A stretch of DNA of 64,000 nt, taken from Halorutilales archaeon Cl-col2-1. GTDB taxonomy: Archaea > Halobacteriota > Halobacteria > Halobacteriales > Afararchaeaceae. The stretch spans positions 800,001 to 864,000 of the forward strand of contig CP169074.1 of the NCBI GenBank assembly GCA_041891055.1, read 5' to 3'. Below, piece after piece: positions 28,396 to 38,691 of the stretch (positions are counted from its first letter, which is position 1; every line of letters starts with the position of its first letter). Below the pieces are notes generated by a model that ran no database searches, was not told the origin of the DNA, and saw nothing but the letters and a program-made list of their open reading frames with translations. A program made the translations under genes and the position numbers.

Positions 28396-29492
28396 GCTGT
28401 CGACCTCCCTGAGAATAGTCCCTCTGGCTTGAGCACGAGTAGTACGATCATTATGAGGAAGGCAGTCGGTAACGTGAAGTCACCACTTGGGAGCCAGACC
28501 ATCGAGAGACGCTGTGAGATGCCGATTACGAGACCTCCCGCCATAGCACCGTATATCGACCCTATTCCTCCGAGTATAACAGCCGCAAATATGAGAAGTA
28601 TGAGGAGCCAGCCGAACTGGTAGCTTATGCTTCCACTTTCGAGAACCGAGAGATACCCCGCTGCGCCTGCGAGTCCTCCGCCGAGTATCCAGGTCCATCT
28701 CACGACTTTCTCAGTCGGAATCCCGGTTATACGTGCGAGATCCTCGTTGTCAGAGGTCGCCCTCATCGCCTTTCCGAGCTTACTGTACCTCAGGACTGCG
28801 TGGACGAGAGCCATCAGAACGAGGGAGACGACGACGAGTGCGACCTGGTGTGACGTCACCGTGACCGTTCCCTCGGCGAGAGCGAGATTCCACGACTCAA
28901 GGATGGGTGTCGTGCCTCTGTTGTTGGTCGAGTAGACGAATCCTATCAGGTATCTCAGAGCGAATGAGACTCCGACACTCGCTATCAGAAGAGAGATACT
29001 GTCCTTGTCTCTCATCGGCTTGTAGACCGTCCTGTCTATGAGGAGAGAGACAGCCGCGGTAGCTACGCCAGCGAAGAGTATCCCCAGGACAACCGCGAAA
29101 GTAGTGTTGAGAACCGTGACACCTATCTCGGCACCGTAGACCTCACTTCCGGGTCCGACGAGTATCAGTCTTCCGAGGTCGTATGACCCGTATCCGACGA
29201 CGATGTAGGTGAGACCCCAGCCGAGGAAGCCTCCCGTAGTCACGTAGTCGCCGTGTGCGAAGTTGGCGAATCCGAGTATGCTGTAGGTCATCGAGAGACC
29301 GACTCCCGCGAGACCCACTGTAAGTCCCAAGACGGAGCCCTCCCAGACATAAGTAAGGAAAGCCGAGTAGGTGAGGCTCCCGGTTACGAGCCTACGTATC
29401 AGGTCGAGTAAGAGTACCAGACCCACTCCTACGGCTACTGCCGCAAAGGGATTCTCACGCACCGCCTCGTAAGGTGAGTTTACCGTCGCCAT
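28392..29492 (-). CDS. livH: Branched-chain amino-acid ABC transporter permease
   Basis: GFANFAHGD, GKAMRA...N.DLARITGI, LGGIGSIYGA, KPEGLF. Confidence 0.92.
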   Translation of the reverse strand: MATVNSPYEAVRENPFAAVAVGVGLVLLLDLIRRLVTGSLTYSAFLTYVWEGSVLGLTVGLAGVGLSMTYSILGFANFAHGDYVTTGGFLGWGLTYIVVGYGSYDLGRLILVGPGSEVYGAEIGVTVLNTTFAVVLGILFAGVATAAVSLLIDRTVYKPMRDKDSISLLIASVGVSFALRYLIGFVYSTNNRGTTPILESWNLALAEGTVTVTSHQVALVVVSLVLMALVHAVLRYSKLGKAMRATSDNEDLARITGIPTEKVVRWTWILGGGLAGAAGYLSVLESGSISYQFGWLLILLIFAAVILGGIGSIYGAMAGGLVIGISQRLSMVWLPSGDFTLPTAFLIMIVLLVLKPEGLFSGRSTA

Positions 29493-29560
29493 GAGTTGTT
29501 TTAGTCTTCGAGTGATATGATATTATATCTTGTCATACGGTACCCCATCTACGGAGACGA

Positions 29561-30199
29561 CTACTCGTCACGTCTACGGAACTCGGGGGTTCCCGACTCG
29601 TGCATCTCCCGAGAGACCTCACCCACGCTCTCCTTGAGGTCGTCGTGGTACTCATTCAGCCTCTCAGCGAGATCGTCGTCACGTACCGATAGGAACTGGA
29701 CAGCCGAGAGAGCGGCATTGAATGACTTTCCGGCGTCGGTCGCCACGATGGGTGCTCCCGTGGGCATTCCTATGACACTGTCGACCGACTTCTCTTGGAC
29801 GGGAACGCCGATCACGGGTACAGGATAGGCTACCGACGCCGTCATATTAGGGAGGTCGGCGCTCTTTCCGCCTGCGCCCGCGATGATTATGTCTATTCCG
29901 CGATCCTCCGCAGTCCTCCCGTAAGCGTACATGAGTTCGGGCGTCCTGTGAGCCGAGACGACGTAGGTCTCGAATGTGTAACGGCTCTCAGGTGGTTCGT
30001 AGTAGTCGGTGACCTCCTCGAATCCGAGACGAGTGAGAGCGTCGTAAGCTCCCACGGAGTCGTCGCCGTCTCCCATCATGATGTCGAAGTCGGAGTCAGA
30101 CCCCATTATGATACCCACGTTGGGAGTCTCCTCGTCGTCGAGTTCGTCCGACTCCGCCTGTTCCTCAAGCTCGTTTATGATTCTCTCGACTTGTCTCAT
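29561..30199 (-). CDS. purE: N5-carboxyaminoimidazole ribonucleotide mutase
   Basis: VGIIMGSDSD, SAHRTP, AGAGG, PVIGVP. Confidence 0.94.
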   Translation of the reverse strand: MRQVERIINELEEQAESDELDDEETPNVGIIMGSDSDFDIMMGDGDDSVGAYDALTRLGFEEVTDYYEPPESRYTFETYVVSAHRTPELMYAYGRTAEDRGIDIIIAGAGGKSADLPNMTASVAYPVPVIGVPVQEKSVDSVIGMPTGAPIVATDAGKSFNAALSAVQFLSVRDDDLAERLNEYHDDLKESVGEVSREMHESGTPEFRRRDE

Positions 30200-31323
30200 G
30201 GTTCGAAACTCAGGCTGTTTTTGATCTCTTCGGCTTGTCTGAGTAGCTCTTCAGTGTCGTCTCCCGTGACAGTGAAGTGTCCCATCTTTCGGAGGGGATA
30301 CTCAATACGTTTTCCATACCAGTGGAGGTGTGCCCCCGAGTCGAGGAGACCGTCGACGCCTTCGAGTCTGACGTCTCTGTCACCCGACTCGCCGAGTATG
30401 TTGACCGAGACAGCTGAGTCACGGAGCTCCGTAGAGCCGAGCGGGAGTCCGGTTACTGCACGGATGTGCTGTTCGAACTGTGACGTCTCGGCTCCCTCTA
30501 TCGTCCAGTGTCCCGAGTTGTGGGGACGTGGTGCTATCTCGTTTACGAGGACAGAGCCGTCGTGCTCGAAGAGCTCTATACCGTAGACACCTCTCCCTTC
30601 CATGGCTTCGAGTACTTCTCGCGCGACCTCGTGGGCTCTCTCAGCTACCTCGGTGGTGGTTCTCGCAGGCGTGACTGTCTTTCTGAGTATCTCGTCGCGG
30701 TGTACGGTTTCAGTCACCGGATAGACGTCGGTCTCACCGTCTCCCTTGACACCGATGACCGAGAGCTCACGGTCGTAATCGACGAACTCCTCTGCCATGA
30801 GTTCGCCGCGGAGCTCGTCGAGAGCATCCTCGAAGTCGTCGGGAGACTCGACGAGGTAGTTACCGCGTCCGTCGTAGCCGCCCTCACGGGCTTTGAGCAT
30901 TAAGGGTAGACCGAGTTCGTCAGCCGCCCGTCGAAGGTCTTCGACTGACCCCACCTTGACGTACTCGGGAACCGGAATGTCCCTCTTGGTCAGAGCCTCC
31001 TTCTGACGGTACTTGTCCTGTATAAGTCTCAGGGTGTCAGGATTAGGATGCACGGGAACATCTACTTCTTCGACAGCATCGGGGTCTGCGAGCTCTATGT
31101 CGTAGGTGACGTAGTCGGCTGACTCGACCAACTCGTTAGCTCCCTCAACGGAGTCGAACTCCGAGACGACCTGGTCTCTCGCTACGGCTCGCGCAGGCGC
31201 GTCGGAGGTGGGATCGAGAAAGACGACCTCGAAGCCGAGGGGCGACGCAGCCTCACAGATCATACGGCAGAGCTGTCCGCCTCCGATAACCCCGATAGTC
31301 ACTGGCTCAGACGTGAGATTCAC
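30196..31323 (-). CDS. purK: N5-carboxyaminoimidazole ribonucleotide synthase
   Basis: GGGQL, GYDGRG, NEIAPRPHNSGHWT, HWYGK...RKMGH. GTG start at 31323 inferred. Confidence 0.93.
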   Translation of the reverse strand: MNLTSEPVTIGVIGGGQLCRMICEAASPLGFEVVFLDPTSDAPARAVARDQVVSEFDSVEGANELVESADYVTYDIELADPDAVEEVDVPVHPNPDTLRLIQDKYRQKEALTKRDIPVPEYVKVGSVEDLRRAADELGLPLMLKAREGGYDGRGNYLVESPDDFEDALDELRGELMAEEFVDYDRELSVIGVKGDGETDVYPVTETVHRDEILRKTVTPARTTTEVAERAHEVAREVLEAMEGRGVYGIELFEHDGSVLVNEIAPRPHNSGHWTIEGAETSQFEQHIRAVTGLPLGSTELRDSAVSVNILGESGDRDVRLEGVDGLLDSGAHLHWYGKRIEYPLRKMGHFTVTGDDTEELLRQAEEIKNSLSFEP

Positions 31324-31379
31324 AGTTCGGGATTCGTCGTAGAATCTATTAAACCTCAAGATTTCCGTACAGCCTTGTC

Positions 31380-31575
31380 CAGTGTGTTTACTGTTCCAAC
31401 AAGACAAAATTTAGTTAATATTAATTTTGTAAATATAAGACTTATGTATATTATTTTAAGATTAATTTAATAGAATCGCGGAACCCCTTTATATCCTGGG
31501 GTCAAGATCCGCCTTAAGGAAGAAGATTTAAAATATATAGATGTAGTAGCTCTAATAGGGGTACGAAGCAGACAT
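31380..31575. promoter_or_regulatory. AT-rich divergent promoter region (purK / histidine kinase)
   Basis: Inverted repeat ACAAAATT (31404)...AATTTTGT (31423) and several TATA-like tracts. Confidence 0.5.
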
Positions 31576-33072
31576 ATGTCGGAAAGCCACGGGAGTTTCA
31601 GAAAGATAGTAGAGAGTCTCGACGACGGAGTCGTACTGACTCAGGAGGGGGAGGTCAGATACATCAACGACGCCGCAGTCGAGGTACTCGGTAGGGGAAG
31701 AGAGGAGGTGAAAGGCAGTCGGTTCACCGAGTTCGTGCGTCTTGAGGAGGGACTCGGTACCGACGGAAGCCAAGAAGGCAAGGTAGTATCCGGCTCGGAG
31801 GCTAGTGGAAAGCCCGTCGAGGTCGATCTGTCGGAGGTCGAGTACGAGGGATCGCCAGCCTCCCTCGTGGTTCTGCGAGACATAACCGAGAGGAAGGAGA
31901 TGGAGGAGATACTAGAATGTATCCAGATGATAGACAGATCAGTCCTCCAGGCGGAGGAGGAAGACGATCTCCTCGACTGGGCTTGTGAGGTTCTCGCGTC
32001 GAGACAGAAGGGATGTACGTCTATCGCAGTACTCAACGACGACGGCGACCTCTCGGATATATACTCGGCGGGGCGTCTTTCGGGGACGGACAGCGACGGA
32101 GACGACGGAGGCTGGCAGGACGTCTACACCGACGACTACATAGACGAGATTCTCGAAAACGGGGTTCTCGTGATCGACGATGTCACACAGCCTCCGTACG
32201 ACCACCATTCGGACAGCGTCGAGAGTCACAAGGGTATAGGCGTGGCTCTCAGCCACCGAGGAAACGACTACGGTGCTATGACGGTTCATCTTCCTCCGCA
32301 GGGAATATCCGAGAACGAGAAGAGTCTCTTGGAGGGCTTCGCGTACGACCTTTCTACCGGAATCTACGCTCTCAGGACAGAGGACAGGATAAAGAAAGAG
32401 AACGAGGAGCTGATTCTTCTCAACCGGATCGTGAGACACGACATACGTAACGACATGAACCTCATACTCGGCTGGGGAAGCGAGCTCAGAGATCACGTCG
32501 ACGAGGAAGGCGAGGAGTACCTCGACACTGTTCTCGACGCTAGCCAGCATGTAGTCGATCTCACGAAGACCGCGCGCGACTTCGTCGAATCGATAGAGAG
32601 CGGTGAGGAAACCGACCTCGGCTCCGTCGATCTCCGGGACACTGTCGAACATGTCACTCAGATAAAGAGAGAGACGTATGACGACGCCGAGTTCTCGATT
32701 GAGGGGATTCCCGACGTCGAAGTGAGGGCGAACAGTCTCCTTTCGACAGTCTTCAGGAATATACTCAACAACGCCGTTCAGCACAACGACTGCGATACGC
32801 CGAGGATAGAGATAACAGCTGAGAGAGACGAGGAGAAGGACGAGATAGTGGTCTGTGTCTCCGACAACGGCGACGGAGTCTCCGACAATGTCAAGGAGTC
32901 GATATTCGGTAAAGAAGAGAAGGGTCTCGAAAGCCGTGGAACCGGTATAGGTCTCTACCTCGTGAGGACTCTTGTCGACGAGTACGGCGGCGATGTCTGG
33001 GTCGAGGACAGACACGACGTAGAGTCGGGGCGCAGAGGTAGCGTCTTCAAGGTCAGACTCAAAGAGGCGTAG
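31576..33072 (+). CDS. PAS-GAF sensor histidine kinase
   Basis: PAS ending in RDITERK, GAF-like middle region, VRHDIRND, NILNNAVQH, DNGDG, GTGIGLYLV. Confidence 0.92.
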   Translation: MSESHGSFRKIVESLDDGVVLTQEGEVRYINDAAVEVLGRGREEVKGSRFTEFVRLEEGLGTDGSQEGKVVSGSEASGKPVEVDLSEVEYEGSPASLVVLRDITERKEMEEILECIQMIDRSVLQAEEEDDLLDWACEVLASRQKGCTSIAVLNDDGDLSDIYSAGRLSGTDSDGDDGGWQDVYTDDYIDEILENGVLVIDDVTQPPYDHHSDSVESHKGIGVALSHRGNDYGAMTVHLPPQGISENEKSLLEGFAYDLSTGIYALRTEDRIKKENEELILLNRIVRHDIRNDMNLILGWGSELRDHVDEEGEEYLDTVLDASQHVVDLTKTARDFVESIESGEETDLGSVDLRDTVEHVTQIKRETYDDAEFSIEGIPDVEVRANSLLSTVFRNILNNAVQHNDCDTPRIEITAERDEEKDEIVVCVSDNGDGVSDNVKESIFGKEEKGLESRGTGIGLYLVRTLVDEYGGDVWVEDRHDVESGRRGSVFKVRLKEA

Positions 33073-33146
33073 TACCTGGCTCGCCTCTTCTGTGTCTTCG
33101 GCGTGTCTTTCATCAGTGTTAAGGCTAATCCCGACAGTTCCCCAGT

Positions 33147-34991
33147 ATGGGACAAGAAGAGAAGGAGAGACACGAGATCGCAGTCGTGGGTGGCGACGAG
33201 ATAGCGAGGGCTCTCGACTGGCTCGACGCCGACATCAGGGTATCAGACCTCGACGATGCTTTCGAGGAGACTACCGACTTCGTGATATCCGAGGAGTCGC
33301 TCGACGAGACGAACACTAGATCCGTGGATAGCCGGACGCCCTCCCTCCCCGTTGAGTTCGGAGGCGAGATCTGTGACGAGACGGGTGCTGCGGCTGCAGT
33401 AGGTCCCCTGGTACAGCCGGGTTCTTCGGCGTGCAGAACTTGTCTCAGTCTCAGGATAGACGGTCTTAGGGACGAAGACAGCTCAGACTCGGAGATAGGA
33501 GCCGAGACAGAGACCGAGTCTCCGGGATGTGGATCGGGTAACCTCTCGGTTCCCGATGAGGCTTACACGTCGTTCGCCGAGGGATTCGCGGCACTTGAGA
33601 CGGGACGTTACTTCACGACTGCGGGAGCCGAGACGGTAGGCGGTGTCTGTCTCATCGGTGCAGGCGACGACGAGCCGTTCGAGGTACATACTACGGCGAG
33701 AGTTCCCTTCTGCCCCGACTGCTGGACAGGACGTCCGATAGCGGGAGTGGCTCCGAGAGACAGTCCCCCTTCCGACCTCGATAGTGCTCTCGACAGGGCA
33801 GAGGCGGTTCTCGACGACATAACCGGCATACTCGGTTCAGCCGCCGAACTTCCTGACGACGAGACACGCGTGCCGTACTACGTCGTCGAGATCGCAGACA
33901 CGCCCTTCTCCGACGCGTCGCCTCCCGATGTCGCCGCGGGTGTGTCGGTCGACTGGCAGAAGGCTCTCATGAAGGCGATGGGGGAAGGGCTCGAAAGATA
34001 CTCGGCGGCGGTCTACCGAGACGACGAGTTCGAGAAGGTGACCTACGACGAGATGGTCGACGAGGGCAGAGACCCCATAGATCCCACTGACCTCGCGCTC
34101 TTCTCCGACGAACAGTACGACGAAAACACATACACTGACCCGTCGTCGTCTCCCGTAATCGACTGGACACCCGGCTACTCACTGACACGTGACGACGGGG
34201 TTGCAGTCCCCGCTGAGTTCGTCTACTACCCGTTCGACTCGGAGTTCGCGCCCGGGATCACTACGGGTCTCGGACTCCACTCGACACAGACAGAGGCAAT
34301 AGAGGTGGGTCTCCTGGAGGTCGTCGAGAGGGACGCGTGTATGAGAACGTGGCTCGAAGACAGGTATCCCGAGACGATCGAGTTCGACGTCACGAGCCTC
34401 GGCTCAGAGACCTCCGAACTCGTCTCACGCGTGAGGTCGGCGGGAATAGACATACATGCTTCACACCTCACCGCTGAGATAGACGTTCCCGTGATCGCGG
34501 TGGCTCTGACCTCGGACAACGACCCGCGTTTCGCCGTCTCGGCGGCGGCTTCACTCGACCCCGAAGAAGCATTCAGGTCGGCACTCGAAGAAGCTGTTCA
34601 GTCAAGGCGCGAAGTGAAGCAGTCGGACGTCGAAGTCGAAGACACCAATGAGATATCTACGAGCGAGGAACACGTCGCCTACGCTGCCGACAGACCCGGT
34701 AGCGTCGAGAGGTTCGTGTCAGAGACCGACGGAAGACTGGCTCTTGACGAGATAGGCGGCGATGTCCCTCAGAAACCTCTCGAAAGGCTAGACACAGTAA
34801 GGGAGAGGGTCGAGGACGCGGGCTACGAGGTCATAGCGTCGAACATCACATCGCCCGACGTCATGAGTATAGGCTTCGACGCCGTACGTGTCACGGTTCC
34901 GGGGGCTCAGCCACTCCATTTCGGTCTCGACATGAGACGTCTCGGAGGCGACGTCGACGTCTCGAACCCCGACCCTCATCCGTTTCCGTGA
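33147..34991 (+). CDS. YcaO-family protein fused to an E1/ThiF-like domain (TOMM cyclodehydratase-like)
   Basis: GPLV.PG..AC..C and CPDC zinc motifs, KAMGEGLERYS, TTGLG, LLEVVERDA, ALEEA, C-terminal PDPHPFP. Confidence 0.9.
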   Translation: MGQEEKERHEIAVVGGDEIARALDWLDADIRVSDLDDAFEETTDFVISEESLDETNTRSVDSRTPSLPVEFGGEICDETGAAAAVGPLVQPGSSACRTCLSLRIDGLRDEDSSDSEIGAETETESPGCGSGNLSVPDEAYTSFAEGFAALETGRYFTTAGAETVGGVCLIGAGDDEPFEVHTTARVPFCPDCWTGRPIAGVAPRDSPPSDLDSALDRAEAVLDDITGILGSAAELPDDETRVPYYVVEIADTPFSDASPPDVAAGVSVDWQKALMKAMGEGLERYSAAVYRDDEFEKVTYDEMVDEGRDPIDPTDLALFSDEQYDENTYTDPSSSPVIDWTPGYSLTRDDGVAVPAEFVYYPFDSEFAPGITTGLGLHSTQTEAIEVGLLEVVERDACMRTWLEDRYPETIEFDVTSLGSETSELVSRVRSAGIDIHASHLTAEIDVPVIAVALTSDNDPRFAVSAAASLDPEEAFRSALEEAVQSRREVKQSDVEVEDTNEISTSEEHVAYAADRPGSVERFVSETDGRLALDEIGGDVPQKPLERLDTVRERVEDAGYEVIASNITSPDVMSIGFDAVRVTVPGAQPLHFGLDMRRLGGDVDVSNPDPHPFP

Positions 34992-36986
34992 CTACACGAC
35001 ATGTAGGAAGACGGTGAAGGTGACGTAGGCGAGTGATATCATTATGAAGGCGTGTTTAACTCCCGACGCGACACGTCCCTCACCCATCTTGCCCGCCATA
35101 AGACCGCTCAGAAGAGCCTGTATCACGCCGGCGTGGTAGAAGAGAACACGGTATCTTTCAGGGCTGAACCCCTCCTGTACGAAGGAAGTCTGAGTACCCG
35201 CAGCTCCGCCGCCCGTTCCGATACCTGTCTGGGGTATCGCTGGGAGGAAGACCGAGTCGAGTATGGCGAGTATCACGAGGAATATCACGAACGAGAGGTA
35301 TATCACAACTGTGTATAGGAACATCTCTCCCCTCCTCTCCTCTGCGAGACGTCTCCTGAGACTCGCCTCGCGCGAGGCTATGCTGAGAACCTCCCCAAGC
35401 CTCCCGCTCGCCTTCGTCGCGTTCGTCAGGAGGACGACCACACGGCTCACCATAGGAGACCGAACCCTGTTCGCAAACCTCCTCAGAGCGGTGTTGATAT
35501 CTGCGTTCCATCTTATGTCACGCTCCATCCTGTCTATCTCGGGATTGAGGACGCCTAGGTCAGTGTCTGAGAGCGACCTGAGTGACTCGGGTACTGTGGC
35601 TCCCGCCTCGTTGAGGTCGGCGAGACGTTCGAGGAAGTCGGGAAGCTGATCCTCGACTCGGCGGAGGTAGTCCGACTTTATCTCATAGAAGAGGGCGTAT
35701 ATGAAGAGAGGTATAAGCGAAGCCTCGACCAGGGCGTCATCTACGTATCTCACCACCTCCGGAGGCAGACTGAAGTCTCCAGTGACTATCTGACCCACGG
35801 AGACTTCGGGGAATAAGCTGACACCCGCTACCGTAGCCCCGGCGTAGAGACGCGCCGATAGATAGATGACACCGAGGAGGACGCCGAGGTATAGACTGAG
35901 GACGGGAGATCTCTTGAAGCTCTGGAGAGGAGACGCGAGACGTCTCTTGACCTGTCTTATCTTCCTTCCCTTCCTGAGACTCTCTATACTAGATTTCTGG
36001 TCGTCCCCTCCATACTCGGCAGATATGTCATCGACGAATCCCGGGGAACTCACGTCGTAGTCGATCGACTCCTTTCCGCCCCCTGTGAGGGGATTCGTGA
36101 AGAAGGCATCTAGGAAGACGAGAAGACCCGCGCCAGCGAGAGGTAGTATGAGATAGACAAAAGCCCTGAGCACGAGGAGAGGCGCGCCCCCGACGAATCC
36201 GAGGACGATGAGTGTGACTATGACGAAGAGGGGTCCAGCGACGAAGACGACGACGTAGAACTCAGCTATCAGACCCAGCTTAGTCAGGAACTCCTTCTGT
36301 TCCTGTTCTGCCTCGTCGTAGTAGGCGCTGACTCTCTCTTCTAAGAAGTCGCTGATGTCTCCTACGCTCGTGAAGACGCTCACGAGGTTCTTGACGAAGT
36401 CGGCGAACTCATCGCTCGCAGTCGTGTCACCTAGTTCGCGGAGCGCGGTCACGACGTCCATCCCGAAGTACTCCATGTCGTGTGAAGCGACCCTGAGCTC
36501 GTCGGCGCTCGTCCCGAAGTACTCCGACCTCGCTGAGATGGTGTCGATGACACGTGGTAACGACATACCACCCCTCGACAGCGTGAACATTATACTCACA
36601 GTTCCCGTCAGGCTGAGGTTGATCTGTCTCGCCCTTGCGTCGGCTCTGTACCTCGGGACGTAGATGAGTAGACGGAAGACGAAGTAAGACACAGCCGTGG
36701 AAGCCACAACGGGGGAGAAGTAGACTGCGAGTACGACGATGTCCGCAACGCCCTCACCAACGAGGTCGTCCCAGAAGACGTACAGAGACGCCGAGACTGC
36801 GAAGAGTGTCGTGAGGAAGACGACTCCGGAGTAGAGAAGAACTCTCGACATATAAGACCTGTAAGTACGCGGCATCCTCGCCGAACGCAGATTATCCTCG
36901 ACGGAGTAGTACCTCGGCTTGATCCTCTCGGCTACCTCGCCTAGCCAGTATATAGCGATCCTGAGCGGAGGTATCCTCTCTATCAT
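34992..36986 (-). CDS. Type IV pilus/archaellum platform membrane protein (PilC/ArlJ, T2SSF family)
   Basis: Two T2SSF-like halves (G.DVVTAL; LPDFLERLA..N.AG; AL.RFANRV) and GKMGEG..SG.KH. Confidence 0.88.
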   Translation of the reverse strand: MIERIPPLRIAIYWLGEVAERIKPRYYSVEDNLRSARMPRTYRSYMSRVLLYSGVVFLTTLFAVSASLYVFWDDLVGEGVADIVVLAVYFSPVVASTAVSYFVFRLLIYVPRYRADARARQINLSLTGTVSIMFTLSRGGMSLPRVIDTISARSEYFGTSADELRVASHDMEYFGMDVVTALRELGDTTASDEFADFVKNLVSVFTSVGDISDFLEERVSAYYDEAEQEQKEFLTKLGLIAEFYVVVFVAGPLFVIVTLIVLGFVGGAPLLVLRAFVYLILPLAGAGLLVFLDAFFTNPLTGGGKESIDYDVSSPGFVDDISAEYGGDDQKSSIESLRKGRKIRQVKRRLASPLQSFKRSPVLSLYLGVLLGVIYLSARLYAGATVAGVSLFPEVSVGQIVTGDFSLPPEVVRYVDDALVEASLIPLFIYALFYEIKSDYLRRVEDQLPDFLERLADLNEAGATVPESLRSLSDTDLGVLNPEIDRMERDIRWNADINTALRRFANRVRSPMVSRVVVLLTNATKASGRLGEVLSIASREASLRRRLAEERRGEMFLYTVVIYLSFVIFLVILAILDSVFLPAIPQTGIGTGGGAAGTQTSFVQEGFSPERYRVLFYHAGVIQALLSGLMAGKMGEGRVASGVKHAFIMISLAYVTFTVFLHVV

Positions 36987-36992
36987 TCTATG

Positions 36993-38606
36993 TCATCTTT
37001 CCTCATCTTCCGACTCGCCCGCTATCACTGTCTCTCCCTCGGGCTGTATACCCATCGACTCTAGCTCCTTCTCGGGGTTAGTGTAGTACCTGTTGACAAG
37101 GTTTGTGAACTCCCTGAAGTCGGTGATATCGTTCTCGACGAGGTAACGCAGTATCTTCTCACGCGTCCGTATCTCCCCCATGAGCTCGGCACGTGACAGT
37201 CCCATGTCGTCACGTATCTCCTTGAGGACAACACTCTCACTTATCTGATCGACGGTGTCGTCCGACGGATTCCACTCGTAGAGTGTGTTGACGTTTATGT
37301 CTCCGGTACGTGAGTCGATCCCGGCTATCTCGGCTAAGACGTTGTTACGTCTCACGCGTTCGTCCTCGTACCTCGTCAGAACCTGTATCGAGAGTATGTC
37401 GAGGGCTTCGAGCATCGATCTCGGGACGTCTATCGGAGGGTTTTCGAGGCGGTTTATCGCGGTCTCTATCGAGTCGGCGTGTAACGTCGAGTAGGTCGTG
37501 TGTCCCGTAGACATAGCCTGGAAGAGTGTCATAGCCTCCTCGCCACGCACCTCTCCCACGATTATGTACTCGGGACGCTGTCTCAGAGCCGACCGGAGGA
37601 GTGTGTACATGTCTATCTCGCTCTCGACTCCTATCCCCTCACGCGTCACACTCGGCACCCAGTTCTCATGGTGTATACGTATCTCGGGTGTGTCCTCTAT
37701 CGATATCACCTTCGACCTCGGGGGTATGAACATAGAGACGGCGTTGAGACTCGTCGTCTTTCCGCTCGCTGTACCTCCCGCGAATATCAGAGACCTGTTG
37801 TTCTCTATCGCGACCCAGAGATACGCCATCTGTTCTGCGGAGAAAGTCCCCGACTTAATGAGTTCGGCCGGAGTGAAAGGCTCCTCCGAGAACTTACGTA
37901 TCGTGAATGTCGATCCTTCCTGTGTGACTTCCTTCCCAAGTGTTAGCTCGACACGTGAGCCATCGGGGAGTGAGGCACTGACTATCGGACGTTCTATGCT
38001 GATATGTTTACCTGACTTCTGTGACAGAGTGATTATGAGTGAGTTGAGTTCGTCCTCGTCGAACTGTATGTTGGTTCTTATGTCCTGGTATTCACCGTGG
38101 TAGAGGTAGATAGGAGCGCCGTAGCCGTGGCACGAGATGTCCTCGACGTAGGGGTCTTCGAGTAGAGGCTCTATCTTCCCCATCCCCATGTAAGATCTCC
38201 TGAGGTAGTAGAGTATCCTGTGGAAAGAGACGGGATCGACGGCTACACCGTAGCTCTGTATGAGGTCTATCATCCCCTTCTTGAGCACCTCCTCGTTCTC
38301 CTCAACCCCTCCGAACTCCTTGACAGACAAGACATCACGCAGATCGTAGTAGAGCGTGTTGAGAAGCTCTCTTTCGAAGTCGGTGACAGACGGCTCGACG
38401 GCATTGTAGTAGAGAACACCGTCGTCGTCTTCAGTTACCACGGCTGTCGAGTAGGGCTCGTTGAGCCAGTACCTCCGTACCTCAGTCTGTCGACTCGGTG
38501 GCTCGAACTCAAACATATCCTCAGGCGTGGGATCGTACCCGTCTACTCTCGCCTCTAAGGACGACTTCGAGGACGCCAGCTCAGAGAGCTTCCGTCTGAG
38601 ACCCAT
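36993..38606 (-). CDS. Type IV pilus assembly ATPase (PilB/ArlI family)
   Basis: GGTASGKTT, IEDTPEI, ALRQRPEYIIVGEVRG.EA, TGH..YSTLHA. Confidence 0.93.
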   Translation of the reverse strand: MGLRRKLSELASSKSSLEARVDGYDPTPEDMFEFEPPSRQTEVRRYWLNEPYSTAVVTEDDDGVLYYNAVEPSVTDFERELLNTLYYDLRDVLSVKEFGGVEENEEVLKKGMIDLIQSYGVAVDPVSFHRILYYLRRSYMGMGKIEPLLEDPYVEDISCHGYGAPIYLYHGEYQDIRTNIQFDEDELNSLIITLSQKSGKHISIERPIVSASLPDGSRVELTLGKEVTQEGSTFTIRKFSEEPFTPAELIKSGTFSAEQMAYLWVAIENNRSLIFAGGTASGKTTSLNAVSMFIPPRSKVISIEDTPEIRIHHENWVPSVTREGIGVESEIDMYTLLRSALRQRPEYIIVGEVRGEEAMTLFQAMSTGHTTYSTLHADSIETAINRLENPPIDVPRSMLEALDILSIQVLTRYEDERVRRNNVLAEIAGIDSRTGDINVNTLYEWNPSDDTVDQISESVVLKEIRDDMGLSRAELMGEIRTREKILRYLVENDITDFREFTNLVNRYYTNPEKELESMGIQPEGETVIAGESEDEER

Positions 38607-38691
38607 TATTACACCGACGTCACCCCAAAGCAATAATACTGTCGGAGGTTAGGAGCCGGGTTATATTACGCACAGCCGAGTACTAAGACTC

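Noticed and set aside
31393-31405. GTTCCAACAAGAC resembles the start of a CRISPR repeat or an ORB box
   Set aside because: Single copy, no spacer periodicity, no G-string, and no cas or cdc6/orc1 gene in the window.
34992-38606. Archaellum operon (arlI/arlJ)
   Set aside because: No archaellin, arlH or arlC-G genes adjacent. A stand-alone pilB/pilC-like pair is more likely.
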